A stretch of DNA of 64,000 nt, from the NCBI GenBank assembly GCA_046351415.1, contig JAXLYO010000010.1, positions 217,234 to 281,233 of the forward strand, given 5' to 3'. Shown here one piece after another: positions 36,626 through 46,236 of this stretch (positions within the stretch are counted from its first letter, which is position 1; each line of letters opens with the position of its first letter). This DNA is from Polyangiaceae bacterium. Its GTDB lineage: Bacteria > Myxococcota_A > Polyangia > Polyangiales > Polyangiaceae. The position numbers and the translations under genes were made by a program. The notes beneath the pieces were generated by a model. It was given only the letters and a program-made list of their open reading frames with translations. It did not search any database and was not told where the DNA came from.

Positions 36626-37822
36626 ATGCTCATGCCCATGGTCGCGTCCTCGAAGCCGAAGCGCGCTCGAGACGCTCGCGCATCTCGCCGATATCTACGC
36701 TGGGGAGCTTGGTTGACGGTCCTCACCGTCGTCATCCTCGGAACGTGGTGGCTCCGTCGTTCCCGCGCGAATGAGCCGATTGGCGTGCAGACCATCCGCA
36801 TCGAGCGGGGCAATGTGCGCGACTTCGTGACGAGCGTTGCGGCCGGCCGCGTGTCGGGCGCGCAAGAAACGACCGTCCGCGCAGAGATTGCGGGCACGGT
36901 CAGTGTGATTCATCGCCGGCGCGGGAGCAAGGTGCGCGCTGGCGAAGCTCTGTTCGAGTACGCACCGAAAGACCTCATCGAACGTCTGCGACTCGCCTCG
37001 ACATCCGTGACGGTGGCGCAAGCGCAGGTGCGACAGGCCGACCAAAACGCCGCCGTCGTCGAGACGAATCTGACGCGCGCACGACGCCTCCTCGAGGCGA
37101 ACGCCATTCCTTCGGCGGAGGTCGATTCGCTCGAGGGACAGAGCAAAGTCATGCAACGCTCCGTCGAGGCCAGCCGAGCCGCCGTGCAGCAGGCGCTTGC
37201 CAACGTGGAGATCGCACGCAGCGCCGTCGGAAAGACGATCGTGCGCGCCCCCTTCGACGCCACCGTCCTCGACGTGAAGGTCGAGATCGGAGAGATCACG
37301 TCTCCGGGTGCGCCCGTCGTGCTCTTGGCCGACACCTCCGCTCTCCATGTCGACGCGGAAATCGACGAAGCCGACCTCGCACGTGTTCGCGTGGGAATGC
37401 CTGCTGACGTGAGCTTCGACGCGCTCCCGAACGAGCGCATTCGTGGAAAGCTATCCTTCATTGCGCCGAGCGTCACGCGTGACCCTCGCGGCGGACGGAG
37501 CATCGCCGTCGAAGTCGCACTCCCCGAAGACCCTCGCCTTCGCGTCGGGATGAGCGCAGACGTGGATGTCATCGTGGCCGTCCGCGAAAACACCCTCTGG
37601 GCTCCACCGAACGCAGTCCTCGGGCGCGGAGCCGATCGCAGCGTCTACGTCGTGGAAAAGGGCGTTGCGCACAAGCGCACCATCGACGTGGGTATCTCCA
37701 CGTGGGAGGCCGTGGAGATCAAGAGTGGTCTCAGGGAAGGCGAGAGCGTGATCACCACACTCTCCGCCGCCAAGCTGACCGATGGCGCTCGTGTCACGCT
37801 CTTGCCAGGGAGTCGTCCGTGA
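36626..37822 (+). CDS. efflux transporter periplasmic adaptor (MacA/HlyD_D23-type)
   Basis: N-terminal TM, lipoyl-like VRAGEALFEY, coiled-coil hairpin, and beta-barrel motifs (IVRAPFDATVLDVKVEIGE). Confidence 0.85.
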   Translation: MLMPMVASSKPKRARDARASRRYLRWGAWLTVLTVVILGTWWLRRSRANEPIGVQTIRIERGNVRDFVTSVAAGRVSGAQETTVRAEIAGTVSVIHRRRGSKVRAGEALFEYAPKDLIERLRLASTSVTVAQAQVRQADQNAAVVETNLTRARRLLEANAIPSAEVDSLEGQSKVMQRSVEASRAAVQQALANVEIARSAVGKTIVRAPFDATVLDVKVEIGEITSPGAPVVLLADTSALHVDAEIDEADLARVRVGMPADVSFDALPNERIRGKLSFIAPSVTRDPRGGRSIAVEVALPEDPRLRVGMSADVDVIVAVRENTLWAPPNAVLGRGADRSVYVVEKGVAHKRTIDVGISTWEAVEIKSGLREGESVITTLSAAKLTDGARVTLLPGSRP

Positions 37823-38559
37823 CGGTTGCGGCGCTCGCTTCGGTCACCGAGACCGAGCCCTTGATGGACATTCGCGGCCTCGTGCGCGAGTTCACTGTGG
37901 GCGGGGCGCCCCTCCGAGTTCTCAAAGGCATTTCGTTCCGCATCGACCGGGGCGAGTACGTATCGATCATCGGACCTTCGGGGTCGGGAAAGAGCACGCT
38001 GCTCTATCAACTTGGGTGCCTCGATACGCCCTCTGAGGGAACGGTTCTCCTTGAGGGCAACAACGTGGGCGAACTGAGCGACCGCGAGCTCGCTGCACTT
38101 CGCAATCGATTCATCGGATTCGTGTTCCAGTCCTTCAATCTTCTTGGTCGAACGACGGCACTCGACAACGTAGCCCTCCCCCTACGCTACGCAAACGTGG
38201 GCTTTCGAGAACGCCGTATACGGGCACGCAAAGCCCTCGAACGCGTCGGGCTCGCCGCGCGCGCCGACCACACACCCGAAAGCCTCAGCGGCGGCGAAAG
38301 GCAGCGCGTCGCGATCGCCCGCGCTCTCGTGACCGAGCCCGAGCTCCTTTTGTGCGACGAGCCGACCGGCAACCTCGATCAGAAGTCGGGACGCGAGATC
38401 ATCGATCTTTTCGAGAAGCTCAATCGCGAATCGGGCGTGACGATCATCATCGTGACGCACGACATGAGCATTGCGCGCCGAAGCAGACGCGTCATTCGAA
38501 TCGTCGACGGGCTCGTGGAATACGACGGACCTCCTCACAGCGGCCACTTGGAGACCTGA
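37819..38559 (+). CDS. ABC transporter ATP-binding protein (MacB/LolD-type, separate ATPase)
   Basis: [35 protein letters not shown] and [12 protein letters not shown]. The GTG at 37819 overlaps the adaptor stop (GTGA); alternative ATG at 37864. Confidence 0.9.
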   Translation: MTVAALASVTETEPLMDIRGLVREFTVGGAPLRVLKGISFRIDRGEYVSIIGPSGSGKSTLLYQLGCLDTPSEGTVLLEGNNVGELSDRELAALRNRFIGFVFQSFNLLGRTTALDNVALPLRYANVGFRERRIRARKALERVGLAARADHTPESLSGGERQRVAIARALVTEPELLLCDEPTGNLDQKSGREIIDLFEKLNRESGVTIIIVTHDMSIARRSRRVIRIVDGLVEYDGPPHSGHLET

Positions 38560-38563
38560 CCCC

Positions 38564-39766
38564 GTGCTCGATCACCTGCTCTCAGCCGCTACGGCACTCA
38601 ATGCGAACAAGGTGCGCTCTGCATTGACCATGCTCGGCGTCATCATTGGCGTTCTAGCGGTCACGCTTCTCGTGAGCGTTGGCGACGGCGCGCGCGCTTA
38701 CCTCGACGAAACCCTCACGTCGGTTGGGACCAATCTGCTCACGGTGCAGCCGGGAAAGCGAGAGACCCGCGGAGGCTTCGGTCCGCCGATGGGCAACACA
38801 CAACGCCCCCTGACGATGAACGATGTCGCTGCTCTGGAGCGGCAGGGCACTCTCTTGCGCGGTGTCACGGGAACGACCTCTGGGGCCGGTGCCGTGCGCT
38901 ACTCCGGGCGTGAGCGAAACACGATGGTCTTCGGGGTAGGCCCCGCCTTCCCCGACTTGCGCAACATGCACGTGAGCGTTGGAAGTTTCATTCGCGAAGA
39001 AGACGTCATCTCCAGGCGTCGCGTCGTCGTTTTGGGCCGGACAGTCGTCCGCGAGCTCTTCGGCGACGAGAACCCGCTCGGCAAGCCGATTCGCATCGCG
39101 GATGGACGCTTTCGCGTGGTCGGCATCATGGAGAACCATGGCTCGTCATTCGGGTTCGACATGGATGATCTCGTATTCATCCCTGTCAGTTCGTCCGGCG
39201 ATCTTTTCGGTCAAGAGAACATTGCCCAGATCATTACCGCCGCCAAGAACAAGGAAGACCTCCCCAAGGCCATGGCGGAGATCGAAGAGATCCTCGGCCG
39301 AAGGCGCAAAGGAGAGATCGATTTTACGGTCCAAAGCCAGGACGACTTGATGAGTGCGTTCAGTACGCTGACGACAGGGCTCACGTGGGGGCTCCTCGCG
39401 ATCGCTTCGATCTCACTCGTGGTCGGCGGAATCGGCATCATGAACATCATGCTCGTCAGCGTACGGGAGCGAACGCGAGAGATCGGCGTACGACGTGCCC
39501 TTGGGGCCACGAGCGGCGACATCCTGTGGCAGTTCCTCATCGAAGCCGTGGTGCTCGCAGCGCTCGGTGGTTTGGTCGGGCTCGGCCTGGCGGTCGGCAT
39601 CGTGGATTTCGTCCATCGCGCAGCGCCCGCCGTTCCGCTCAAGCTATCGGCCTGGATCGCCATGGTCGCCTTCGGCGCATCTTTCGCGGTCGGAGTCGCC
39701 TCGGGAGTCGTTCCTGCACGGAGAGCTGCACGGCTCAATCCTGTGGATGCGCTGCGCTACGAGTGA
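38564..39766 (+). CDS. ABC transporter permease, MacB/FtsX family
   Basis: N-terminal TM ALTMLGVIIGVLAVTLLVSVG, large periplasmic domain, FtsX block REIGVRRALGAT, and C-terminal PARRAARLNPVDALRYE. Confidence 0.85.
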   Translation: MLDHLLSAATALNANKVRSALTMLGVIIGVLAVTLLVSVGDGARAYLDETLTSVGTNLLTVQPGKRETRGGFGPPMGNTQRPLTMNDVAALERQGTLLRGVTGTTSGAGAVRYSGRERNTMVFGVGPAFPDLRNMHVSVGSFIREEDVISRRRVVVLGRTVVRELFGDENPLGKPIRIADGRFRVVGIMENHGSSFGFDMDDLVFIPVSSSGDLFGQENIAQIITAAKNKEDLPKAMAEIEEILGRRRKGEIDFTVQSQDDLMSAFSTLTTGLTWGLLAIASISLVVGGIGIMNIMLVSVRERTREIGVRRALGATSGDILWQFLIEAVVLAALGGLVGLGLAVGIVDFVHRAAPAVPLKLSAWIAMVAFGASFAVGVASGVVPARRAARLNPVDALRYE

Positions 39767-39770
39767 TTGC
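39708..39770. repeat. 63-nt direct repeat, copy 1 (the true 3' end of the permease gene)
   Basis: Matches 40509..40571 with 3 mismatches, all at third codon positions. Confidence 0.85.
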
Positions 39771-39909
39771 CCTCGGGTCGGCGCGCTTGCCCCGGGCTTT
39801 CGGCGAAAGCGTCGGATCGTATGCATTGCCTGAACGCGATTGCGCACTACGAACAGCGAGAGAGGAAAAAACCTCCGTACGCGAAGACCACCGCGGGCAG
39901 AAAGGAACG

Positions 39910-40500
39910 ATGGGTATTCGAAAGGGTCTGACGACCGTCGCGATCGCGCTCGTCACGATGGCGGGGTGCGCGAGCACGGACAGCGAACAAACGGACAGCG
40001 AACAAGACGAGACGGCAGCGAGCGACGACGCACTGGTGCTCAAGCCGTTCCAGATTCCTGCGAATCTCGTCGGCGTAGACCTTCCGGTCCAGTTTGGTTG
40101 CTACAACTCGGAAGCTCCATATGGCCGCTACTTTTCCGTGTCCAAAACGATGCGAATCGAGCGCAATGCCCTTCCGGGAACTCCGAAAGACCGGGAATGG
40201 ACCGTGGCGGCGACAGATGTTTCAACGGACCGCAAGGGTACCGCGGCGGCACTCGGGTGGAACGACGTCAAGGGTTGCTATCACTCGGTGTCCCTCAAAC
40301 CAGGCGGCCCCGCCACGAGGAGCGGAGGGGGACTCCTTTCGACAGGAACGACCAGGCCAACCGAGTGTACTGCCCTCATGCAGGTCACGGTGGGCGATCG
40401 CAGTTTGGAATTCGTGGGCTCGGCTCGACTGAACCACCAGATTGCGGGGCACACGTATTATCGAGAAGAAGCAAGGTGTCGAGGCACGTACTCCTGGTAG
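39910..40500 (+). CDS. hypothetical lipoprotein (196 aa) between the two 63-nt repeats
   Basis: IALVTMAGC lipobox; TDSEQTDSEQ from a 15-nt tandem duplication. Noticeably more A/T-ending codons than neighbouring genes. Confidence 0.68.
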   Translation: MGIRKGLTTVAIALVTMAGCASTDSEQTDSEQDETAASDDALVLKPFQIPANLVGVDLPVQFGCYNSEAPYGRYFSVSKTMRIERNALPGTPKDREWTVAATDVSTDRKGTAAALGWNDVKGCYHSVSLKPGGPATRSGGGLLSTGTTRPTECTALMQVTVGDRSLEFVGSARLNHQIAGHTYYREEARCRGTYSW

Positions 40501-40508
40501 GCGCCACA

Positions 40509-40571
40509 TCGTCCCTGCACGGAGAGCTGCACGGCTCAATCCCGTGGATGCGCTTCGCTACGAGTGATTGC
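40509..40571. repeat. 63-nt direct repeat, copy 2 (orphan permease 3' end; still reads IVPARRAARLNPVDALRYE-stop)
   Basis: Read directly. It overlaps the last codons of the convergent regulator gene. Confidence 0.85.
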
Positions 40572-41388
40572 GAGCGGCCGTAGGCCTCGGCTTTCCTTTC
40601 CCTCGAAACCACGCGGCTGTCGTGTCGTCTGCAGGGAAGAGCGATTCGACGATCAAGTCCTCCGCCGTGACGTCGAGCGGCGTCCCGACGGTGGTGAGAA
40701 GCGCGAACATCGTGAGACGCACATGACCGCGGCCGAGCACGAGGACCGCGGTCGGCGCTCCCGTTGCGTGCGTCGGCTTGGGGAGAGCCGTCACGCCTGG
40801 ATAGGTACGAACCTTTTCCAAGAGCGCCTGGCGATCGTCGTCTCCTGGATGCGCGCGTGCGGCTCGCTCTACGCGTTCGAGAACGAGGGGGGCAACCTCC
40901 TGCCAGTTCACGATGCTCCGCTTGAGTCCGCGAAGGTCCATCGTCGCGAGGACCATGTTTCGCGCGATGAACGAAGGCGCCTTCGGATGCATGAACGTTT
41001 CCAGAAGGCGCTCGGCTCCCGCATTGGCGCGAAGAACATTCCACGAACGATCGAGAAGCACCGCCGGGTAGGGTTCTTGCTTCGCCAAGAGCGCGTCGAG
41101 GGCAGCTCGCACGGCCTGCATGGCTGCCGAATCGAGGGGCGTCGACGCGTACACGGGAGCAAAGCCCGCAGCAGCGAGGAAGAGGTTGCGATCACGTAGG
41201 TCGAGCCCAAGGACGCGCGAGATGCGCAAGACCATTTCTCGACTCGGCTGAGCCTTGCCGGTTTCGAGACAACTGAGATGTCGAGGCGAAACACGGGCGC
41301 GAGCACCAAGCTCCTCCTGACTCAATCCCAAGGCGACTCGTTGAGCGCGAAGCCGCGCCCCGAACGCTCCCATCGTCGTGTCATGCAT
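40558..41388 (-). CDS. XRE-type HTH transcriptional regulator with MmyB-like C-terminal domain
   Basis: FGARLRAQRVALGLSQEELGARARVSPRHLSCLETGKAQPS is an XRE HTH. The C-terminal region (YPAVLLDRSWNVLRAN...) resembles MmyB-like ligand-binding domains. Start ambiguous (41430, 41388 or 41373). Confidence 0.78.
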   Translation of the reverse strand: MHDTTMGAFGARLRAQRVALGLSQEELGARARVSPRHLSCLETGKAQPSREMVLRISRVLGLDLRDRNLFLAAAGFAPVYASTPLDSAAMQAVRAALDALLAKQEPYPAVLLDRSWNVLRANAGAERLLETFMHPKAPSFIARNMVLATMDLRGLKRSIVNWQEVAPLVLERVERAARAHPGDDDRQALLEKVRTYPGVTALPKPTHATGAPTAVLVLGRGHVRLTMFALLTTVGTPLDVTAEDLIVESLFPADDTTAAWFRGKGKPRPTAARNHS

Positions 41389-41447
41389 GGATTCTCTGAC
41401 CTCCGAGGTCATGGATTTCATGATGCGCATCGTGCACGACTGGGGTC

Positions 41448-41867
41448 ATGCTCACAACGATTCCCGAAGCTCTTTTTTTCGCGGGGGGTGCCATCTTCGC
41501 CTCGGCCCTCCTCGTCATCGCGGTTCAAGCAAAAAAGCCCTTACCGAAGGGTGTCTCCCCCTTCGGCATCCTGGCCCTCGCGATTTTCAGCGTACTCTCC
41601 GTCGTCACCGTCATGCGCGAAGGGCCGCTGGGCTTCTTCCGGGAACACACCGGCACGCTCTGGTCGAGTCAGATATGGTTCGACCTGCTGACGGCCGCCA
41701 CCATCGGTTGGACGCTCCTCGCCCCCCGAGCCCGAAGCGTGGGAATGAACCTCTGGGTTTGGGGTTTGGCGCTCCCGCTGCTGGGCAGCATGGCGCTCTT
41801 GGCCATGTTCCTCCGGGTGCGAGCCCTCGAAGCCCAGCGCGAGAACGGACACGCCGCGCACTCGTAG
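41448..41867 (+). CDS. small hypothetical membrane protein (139 aa, 4 TM)
   Basis: Four hydrophobic segments; divergent from the regulator. Confidence 0.55.
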   Translation: MLTTIPEALFFAGGAIFASALLVIAVQAKKPLPKGVSPFGILALAIFSVLSVVTVMREGPLGFFREHTGTLWSSQIWFDLLTAATIGWTLLAPRARSVGMNLWVWGLALPLLGSMALLAMFLRVRALEAQRENGHAAHS

Positions 41868-41911
41868 CGAGAGATCTCGCGCCTTCGGGTACCAAGTGAA
41901 CGCCGAAGCGC

Positions 41912-42913
41912 TCAATTCCCTCGCGTGGCCACGAACAGGTCGAGAGCGTCTTGCGGACCACGCACGAAGTAGAACTTGCACCCGTCTGGGCTGAGCCATC
42001 CCGCTCGTGCTTGGAAACTCGAAGGCAGTATCTCCTCGCCCCGCGGGAACGGATCGCTCACACTCGCACGCGTGCTCAGGTAGATGCGTGACCGGCCTCC
42101 GGTGACGGTCGAATAGATCAGCGTGCGTTCGTCGCGAGATACGACGGGGTCACCCTCGTGCTCCGGAGTGTTCACGGGTCCCGGCACCAGTCTCAGGTTC
42201 GAGGTCTCGCTCGCGAGATTGATGTCGACGATATAGAGATCGCCATTCCCGGAGTTGCCGCCATCGGGGTAGACGTAACGAGAGTGGTAAAGGCGGAGAC
42301 CGTCGCGCGAGAATGAAGCGCCGCCTTCGAGGCCACCTGAATTGAGTGGGCCGACCGCGCCCTGCGGGGCACCGGCTTGCCCGGAAAAGGGCGGGCTTAT
42401 GTCGAGCCAGTAGTAGTCGATGTTCGGCGCTCCGAGTCGCTGCGAGGAAAGGAGGGCACGATACGTGCTGGGATTGGGCGCCGATGAAGGACGCAGTGCG
42501 AGCGCGTGATCCCTGGAGCCCGGTCCTTGAACATTGGTCATGAGCACCGCAGGGGTGAACGGGTCGTCCACCTTCGTGCGCTCCGCGTGATACAGCCGAT
42601 GCACGAGCCCCCCATCGGTTTGCTCGACTCTCGAGAAGAAGATGTGCAGCTCGTCGTCGGTAAGGAAGGGAGGATTCTCACTTGCGGCGGTGTTGAGCGC
42701 TGCTAGCCCATCGACGGCTACGAACTCGCTCGCCGGATTGCAGCGAGGTACCGCTGCATCGGTTACCCCCGCCTCGTTCGGCGGCACCGGATCGGCAGCG
42801 TCCTTCTCCGGCGTTCCTCCCGCGTCTGGAGTCGTGCCCGTTGGGGGAACGGAGGAGTCGGACACGCACGCCGTGAAAAGGGGCGCAGCGAGCAGAAAAT
42901 ACGTCAAACGCAT
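41912..42913 (-). CDS. lipoprotein with TolB/PD40-like beta-propeller repeats
   Basis: LLAAPLFTAC lipobox. Repeated motifs of the type P.LT.DELH.FFS / SFSRDGLRLYHS / PVVSRDERTLIYS / WLSPDGCKFYF. Confidence 0.68.
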   Translation of the reverse strand: MRLTYFLLAAPLFTACVSDSSVPPTGTTPDAGGTPEKDAADPVPPNEAGVTDAAVPRCNPASEFVAVDGLAALNTAASENPPFLTDDELHIFFSRVEQTDGGLVHRLYHAERTKVDDPFTPAVLMTNVQGPGSRDHALALRPSSAPNPSTYRALLSSQRLGAPNIDYYWLDISPPFSGQAGAPQGAVGPLNSGGLEGGASFSRDGLRLYHSRYVYPDGGNSGNGDLYIVDINLASETSNLRLVPGPVNTPEHEGDPVVSRDERTLIYSTVTGGRSRIYLSTRASVSDPFPRGEEILPSSFQARAGWLSPDGCKFYFVRGPQDALDLFVATRGN

Positions 42914-43043
42914 TACTTCGAATGGTCTGCTTGTCGACTTGCATTGTCAACGAAAGTGCGGCGCATCCGAAGATACGGATGAGCCTCGTCTCCTATACTT
43001 GCACCTTACACAACACGCGCGAGCCGGGCGAGCATGCGGTCGC

Positions 43044-43787
43044 TCAGTAAGAAACGCCAAGCCCAGCGGTCACTAGACGTTCACCGAGCGCGACGCCTTC
43101 GACGAAAACATCGATCCTTCGGGCAAGCAGAAGGGATGCGCCCGCGCCCAGCTGGTACTTGTACACGTCCGTGCCCGTGACCGCCTCGTCTCGGAGTTTC
43201 CAAAAGATGGGTCCGCCGAACACGCGAGCAGCTGCGTAGACCGTGACGACATCGGCGATGCTCTTGCCGACGATGCCGCCGATTCGAAGGTCGAATGCGT
43301 TGTAACCGATCGACGGTCCAAACCTTTCGTGCGCCTTCGCCGTCGCATAGCCCAACGTGGTCGTGATGCCCACGAAGGGAAGTGCGCCCTTTTCCTCGAC
43401 GAGCCGGTAAGAAGCGCCGATGGAGAAGGACGCACCGCCGGCAAACGCAAAGCGAGCCACCGGAAACCGCATATCTCCCGACAGCAGGAGCCCCGCGCCC
43501 GCCTGGAGGGTCCAAGCAGGACTGGCGCGCACCTCCAGCGAGGACGATACGAGATGGCGGTCCACGTCCGCCTTGGCGCCGTTCGAAAAAGAAATGCGCG
43601 TCGACGAAAATGTGTAACCTGCACCCGTACGAAAACGCGGCGATTTCTCCGCGTCACCTTCGGTGCAACGAAAGCCAGGCGGAGCCCCCGGTGGAGGAAC
43701 CCCACAAGCAAGAGCTCCTTGCGACATGCAGCTCGAAGCCACGATGATGCCGACGGCCAAGGACATGCACCGAAACGCCCTTGTCAT
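43044..43787 (-). CDS. putative outer-membrane beta-barrel protein
   Basis: Signal MTRAFRCMSLAVGIIVASSCMSQGALA, alternating hydrophobic beta-strand pattern, and C-terminal ...TAGLGVSY. Confidence 0.6.
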   Translation of the reverse strand: MTRAFRCMSLAVGIIVASSCMSQGALACGVPPPGAPPGFRCTEGDAEKSPRFRTGAGYTFSSTRISFSNGAKADVDRHLVSSSLEVRASPAWTLQAGAGLLLSGDMRFPVARFAFAGGASFSIGASYRLVEEKGALPFVGITTTLGYATAKAHERFGPSIGYNAFDLRIGGIVGKSIADVVTVYAAARVFGGPIFWKLRDEAVTGTDVYKYQLGAGASLLLARRIDVFVEGVALGERLVTAGLGVSY

Positions 43788-43965
43788 GTGTCGTCGCTTT
43801 TGGATGATCTCCACGTCTCCACTATAGTCCGACTGCCGGAAGGCCGTGGGTGTCCCAGATTCATCTAGGGACAGCCCCTGTACCCCGCGTGGCGTCGACC
43901 ACGAAGAAGATAGGCTCACAAGCGAACGCTTCTGCTGTGTCGGATGCCGCGGTAGCCTTCCCGTC

Positions 43966-45879
43966 ATGACGTCTCCGTCCCTTCGATCGAGCGCCACGGC
44001 CTTCCTCGCTACGGTCGAAGCCACGATCGCGCCGCGGACGAGCTTGCGCGACGCCTCCTTGAACCAGGCGAGCCGTGAAGAGGCCTTCTTGCGGATTCTC
44101 GAAGACATCCCGTCTCAGCCTCCCCGCCTCGAGTTTCGCGAGACTCTCGGAGAAGGCTCGATGGGGATCGTGCGGCTCGCGCTTCAGCCGAGCGTCGGAC
44201 GCGAGGTCGCAGTGAAGACCCTTCGGACGGTCTCCGCACTGCCAGAGCCGACCGGAGTCGGCGATGGGCCTCGAACGTTGCCGCCCGGCGGGATGCGCTT
44301 GCTCGAAGAGGCATGGGTGACAGGGGCCATCGAGCATCCGAACGTCGTCCCGATCTACGACATCGGTCGCGACGAGCACGGTAGTCCACTCATCGTCATG
44401 AGGCGAATCGCGGGCCGCTCCTGGAGCAGCGCGCTCGCCGATCACGAGGCCAAAGCGAAGCTCGGAGAGGAAGCCTTTCGTGAATCGAACCTTCGCACGC
44501 TGGCCCAGGTCGCCAACGCTGTCGCCGCAGCGCACGCGCAAGGAATCATCCATCGCGATCTCAAGCCCGAGAACGTCATGCTCGGACAATACGGCGAGGT
44601 GTACGTCGTCGATTGGGGCCTTGCCGTACTGGTCAATCCGTCGAAGCATGCGCACCTGCCGACGCTCGGAGCTCGGCGGCCGGTTGTTGGAACGCCATGC
44701 TACATGGCCCCCGAAATGCTCGCAGGCGACGCATCCATGGCGACGGACGTCTACCTGCTCGGCGCGATTGCATTCGAGGTCGTCACGGGAGCTCCGCCCC
44801 ACGACAGAGCGACCCTTGGTGAGGCCTTCGAAAGCATTCTCGCGTCGCCACCGACAATGCCGAGCGATCTGGACCCAGCCCTTTCGACGTTTCTGGGGAA
44901 GGCACTCGCCCGAGAAGCGAAAGACCGATATGCGACGGCGCGTGAGTTTTCGGAAGCGCTCGAACACTATCTGATGACACGTGCATCCGTGCACACGGCC
45001 ATGATCGGACTGCTCGAAGTCGCAGAGCTCGAGCGCGTGGCCGCGACCGAAAGCGGTGCAAGCAGCGCGCAAGTGGAAGGCTTGTTCGGAGCGGCGAGCT
45101 TCTCCCTGCGTGCCGCGCTTCGTCAGTGGAGCGACAATACCGACGCCCAACAAGGGCTCGTACGCGCGTATCTCGCCGCCGGACGTTTTGCACTTCGTAG
45201 CGACGACCCAGAGCGAGCACGCACGATCGCGACGAGCGCACCGAACTTCGTACATCACGACGACCGCATACTCGCGCTCGCAAAGGACGCAGAGAATGCG
45301 TCTCGCGAGCGACGCGCACGGCTCGAGACCCTTGCGCGACGCGGCGACCTCGACAGCGGCCTCCGAACCCGTGGCTTCATCTCGACCACCGTGGCCTTCG
45401 CGTGGGTCGTCGTCACCGCGCTCAGCTGGTGGCATCAACGAACCACCGGGCACCCCTTCGCACACGAGGTGCTCAAGGCAGCTGCACTCCAAGTGCTCCT
45501 CTGGGGCCTACTCACGAGAGTCGCGCACGGCCCCATGCAGCAAACCGACTTCAACCGAAAAGTCGTCCGCGCCGGCTACGCGGTCCCAGCCTTCCTCGCG
45601 GCCCTCGCCCTCCTCCTCGGGCACGTCGGATACACTGACACCCAAATCTTCCAAGTCGCGGTCCTCGTGTTCTGTTGCGCCATGGCCTGCGTCACGATTT
45701 TCGTAGGTCAGCGCATATATGTATTCTGCACAATCATCCTGTGCATCGCGGGAGCCTGCGCCATCGAATGGCCCGAATGGAGACACCTCGGAGCACTCTG
45801 CGCAAGCTTGGGAGCCTTCGCGACTTCCCTCCTCGTAGGCCTCAAAGCACAGCCCAAGAGTCACGCGACCAAGCTCTAA
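43966..45879 (+). CDS. Ser/Thr protein kinase fused to a C-terminal polytopic membrane domain
   Basis: GEGSMGIVRLA, AVKTL, HRDLKPENVML, VVDWGLA and TPCYMAPE motifs. About 5 TM segments in the last 200 aa. Confidence 0.88.
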   Translation: MTSPSLRSSATAFLATVEATIAPRTSLRDASLNQASREEAFLRILEDIPSQPPRLEFRETLGEGSMGIVRLALQPSVGREVAVKTLRTVSALPEPTGVGDGPRTLPPGGMRLLEEAWVTGAIEHPNVVPIYDIGRDEHGSPLIVMRRIAGRSWSSALADHEAKAKLGEEAFRESNLRTLAQVANAVAAAHAQGIIHRDLKPENVMLGQYGEVYVVDWGLAVLVNPSKHAHLPTLGARRPVVGTPCYMAPEMLAGDASMATDVYLLGAIAFEVVTGAPPHDRATLGEAFESILASPPTMPSDLDPALSTFLGKALAREAKDRYATAREFSEALEHYLMTRASVHTAMIGLLEVAELERVAATESGASSAQVEGLFGAASFSLRAALRQWSDNTDAQQGLVRAYLAAGRFALRSDDPERARTIATSAPNFVHHDDRILALAKDAENASRERRARLETLARRGDLDSGLRTRGFISTTVAFAWVVVTALSWWHQRTTGHPFAHEVLKAAALQVLLWGLLTRVAHGPMQQTDFNRKVVRAGYAVPAFLAALALLLGHVGYTDTQIFQVAVLVFCCAMACVTIFVGQRIYVFCTIILCIAGACAIEWPEWRHLGALCASLGAFATSLLVGLKAQPKSHATKL

Positions 45880-46030
45880 TACGAACCACGAAGATCCGTA
45901 ACGCAGCAGCGCTTGGTAGAGCTCGCGGCGGAGCGAACCCACACGAAGAGGATTCGAAGCCGAAGGGAGCATCCAACAACGTGGATGCGAACGAGACACC
46001 GAATCCTTCAGGGGTACGAAGCGAAGCGAG

Positions 46031-46104
46031 TACACCCTGAAAGATTCGAACTTTCGACATTCGGCTTCGAAGGCCGACGCTCTATCCAGCTGAGCTAAGG
46101 GTGC
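46031..46104 (-). tRNA. tRNA-Arg (anticodon UCG)
   Basis: Hand-folded cloverleaf: acceptor GCACCCT/AGGGTGT (G1-U72 wobble), D arm GCTC-AGCTGGATA-GAGC, anticodon arm TCGGC-CTTCGAA-GCCGA, T arm GAAAG-TTCGAAT-CTTTC, discriminator A. CCA is not encoded. Confidence 0.85.
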
Positions 46105-46236
46105 GAGAGCGATTACCGTAACGAACTTGTCGCTCTTTCGCAAGGGAGGGCGCGCCCAAACGCGTCCCGCTTTGGCACGCCCTCTGCTATCCGAACGACA
46201 CCCCACCGGCGAAACCACCCTCGCCGGCTCCTGCAC

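Noticed and set aside
45905-45960. tRNA-like fragment (TGGTAGAGC, GATTCGAAGCC) that might be a second tRNA or a pseudo-tRNA
   Set aside because: I could not fold a cloverleaf on either strand. No complementary D, anticodon or T stems were found.
45508-46236. 242-aa minus-strand ORF spanning the tRNA
   Set aside because: It reads straight through the tRNA-Arg gene and the kinase 3' end, so it is not credible as coding.
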